A stretch of DNA of 36,196 nt, from the NCBI GenBank assembly GCA_910592345.1, contig CAJVPI010000301.1, positions 1 through 36,196 of the forward strand. Direction: 5' to 3'. The notes beneath the pieces are model-generated. The model saw only the letters and a program-made list of their open reading frames with translations, did not search any database and had not been told where the DNA came from. Source of the stretch: Paraglomus brasilianum (taxonomy: Eukaryota). A program made the position numbers and the translations under genes. Positions 34,890-36,196 of this stretch are shown piece after piece (within the stretch, counting starts at the first letter, position 1; every line of letters begins with the position of its first letter).

Positions 34890-34910
34890 ATACAGTATAT
34901 TATACTGTAT
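34890..34910. repeat. Perfect 10-bp-arm palindrome ATACAGTATA-T-TATACTGTAT
   Basis: Directly visible. It reads TA+CAGTATA...TATACTG+TA, like two abutting pogo-type termini. Confidence 0.6.
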
Positions 34911-36196
34911 TCGCGATACCTTTTCAACGTTGAGCGGCTGAATTTTGGCCAAACAATCTAATTAGTACGCATAGATGGCTGGAAGAATAAGTGAGAAGGA
35001 CGATATTCCCAAAAGTACGCCTGATGGGTTAATTATGTGATTTAGTTAGGCAGACTATAAAATTCTTGAGTTGGAATTAATCTAAAATTTATATTATTTA
35101 TGTCGATTTCCTGTTTTCAAATGACTATATACAGGCTGGAATTTCTTTCAAGTTTTCGAGCTTCAGTTCTACGCAGTCTAAAACCATATTGCCAATAATA
35201 ATCGAATGATACATACAGACACTATCATATTTGAACTTTGTAATATTTGTATATGCAAAAAATTTATTATTTTAGACAATGACAAGGTACATTATCTAAT
35301 CACGGCTCCTAAATGCAACGCCTGTCAATACTAAAACGTCGAAATTACAATTAGCGTTATAGTTAGTAAATGTAGAGAGCGTATTTCAAATATATTACAG
35401 TTTGTCTCAAAGACCATGAATGAGTGCAACACTACAAGATATTAACATATTCAAGTGTATTGGGCGTAATTGAAGCATCTCAATGATAAGCAAACACTTG
35501 ATACAATCACCATGTTTATGACAATAAATCATGGCTCCGCGTCGTTCAGTATCAGATAAGTGAGTCACATGATAAATCTTCCTCCGCAGTCATGATCGAT
35601 ACTAATTTTAGCAACAAAATGTTGCGACAGCTATAATTAATCTATAATTAATTGTTCTTCTAGAAATAGTTAAAAGTGCATTGCGACGCTCGAAGATATA
35701 TAAGTAGCTCATATTCCGTCGCCAAATCTTCATGTTATAATGTTATAATGTTGTCATGTTAATAAAAGTAAAATATTACTGATCTTAGTAGTATTCTTCC
35801 GCAATCCTTTATTATAAATATGCAAATTTATTTTCTATCGTCGAAATAATTGATTATTAGGCCGGACACGCCAATAAACGGCTCACTTAAGCTAACGAAA
35901 TAGCATTGATTTGATCAAGCTAGTAAGCTGACCGTGAATCAATTTACGTGAATAACGGGACGAGAGTTCATAATTAATTATCGAGACAAATATTGTTTAA
36001 TTAGTTTAGTAAGACAAGTGACCGATACCCGACGTCGAAAAACAAATCGAAGATAGCCCTGTTTAAATTTAAAAATAGTATTCTTCGACTTCGATTCTTT
36101 AGTAGAATAATTGTTGTTGTTATTTTATTAGAGGTACCCTTATTTGTATTTACGAGTGTTTGAAACTCGGATAGGGAGTGAGAAGCGCGCATAATT

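Noticed and set aside
34640..36196. Terminal 1.5 kb including ORF 36001-36192 and short TGTTATAA repeats
   Set aside because: AT-rich intergenic sequence with no supportable coding or RNA feature.

Overview
Eukaryotic, intron-rich, AT-rich genomic DNA with short (~60-120 nt) GT/GC-AG introns. It most likely comes from an early-diverging fungus (Mucoromycota, probably Glomeromycotina); this is inferred from gene content and intron style. Seven to eight apparently intact host genes are present: proteasome lid subunit Rpn8 (-), a synaptojanin-like Sac1 + 5-phosphatase (+), a HemK/PrmC (Mtq1-like) methyltransferase (+), a CYRI/FAM49 Rac1-binding protein (+), a large WDR81-like pseudokinase-BEACH-WD40 gene (-), and a glomulin/ALF4/Ybp-like gene (+) flanked on both sides by two related F-box/LRR-type genes. 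The accessory DNA holds the most notable signal: two pieces of a Fanzor2 / IS607-TnpB-type RNA-guided nuclease gene. One is a nearly full-length but decayed copy at ~11030-12508; the other is a C-terminal zinc-ribbon/RuvC-III piece at 1-75 that encodes exactly the part the first copy lacks. There is also a Tigger/pogo transposon nested inside a MITE, a second Tigger remnant, Myb and possible HMG-box pseudogenes, and a hexamer microsatellite. All calls are by-eye motif recognition; no database searches were run.
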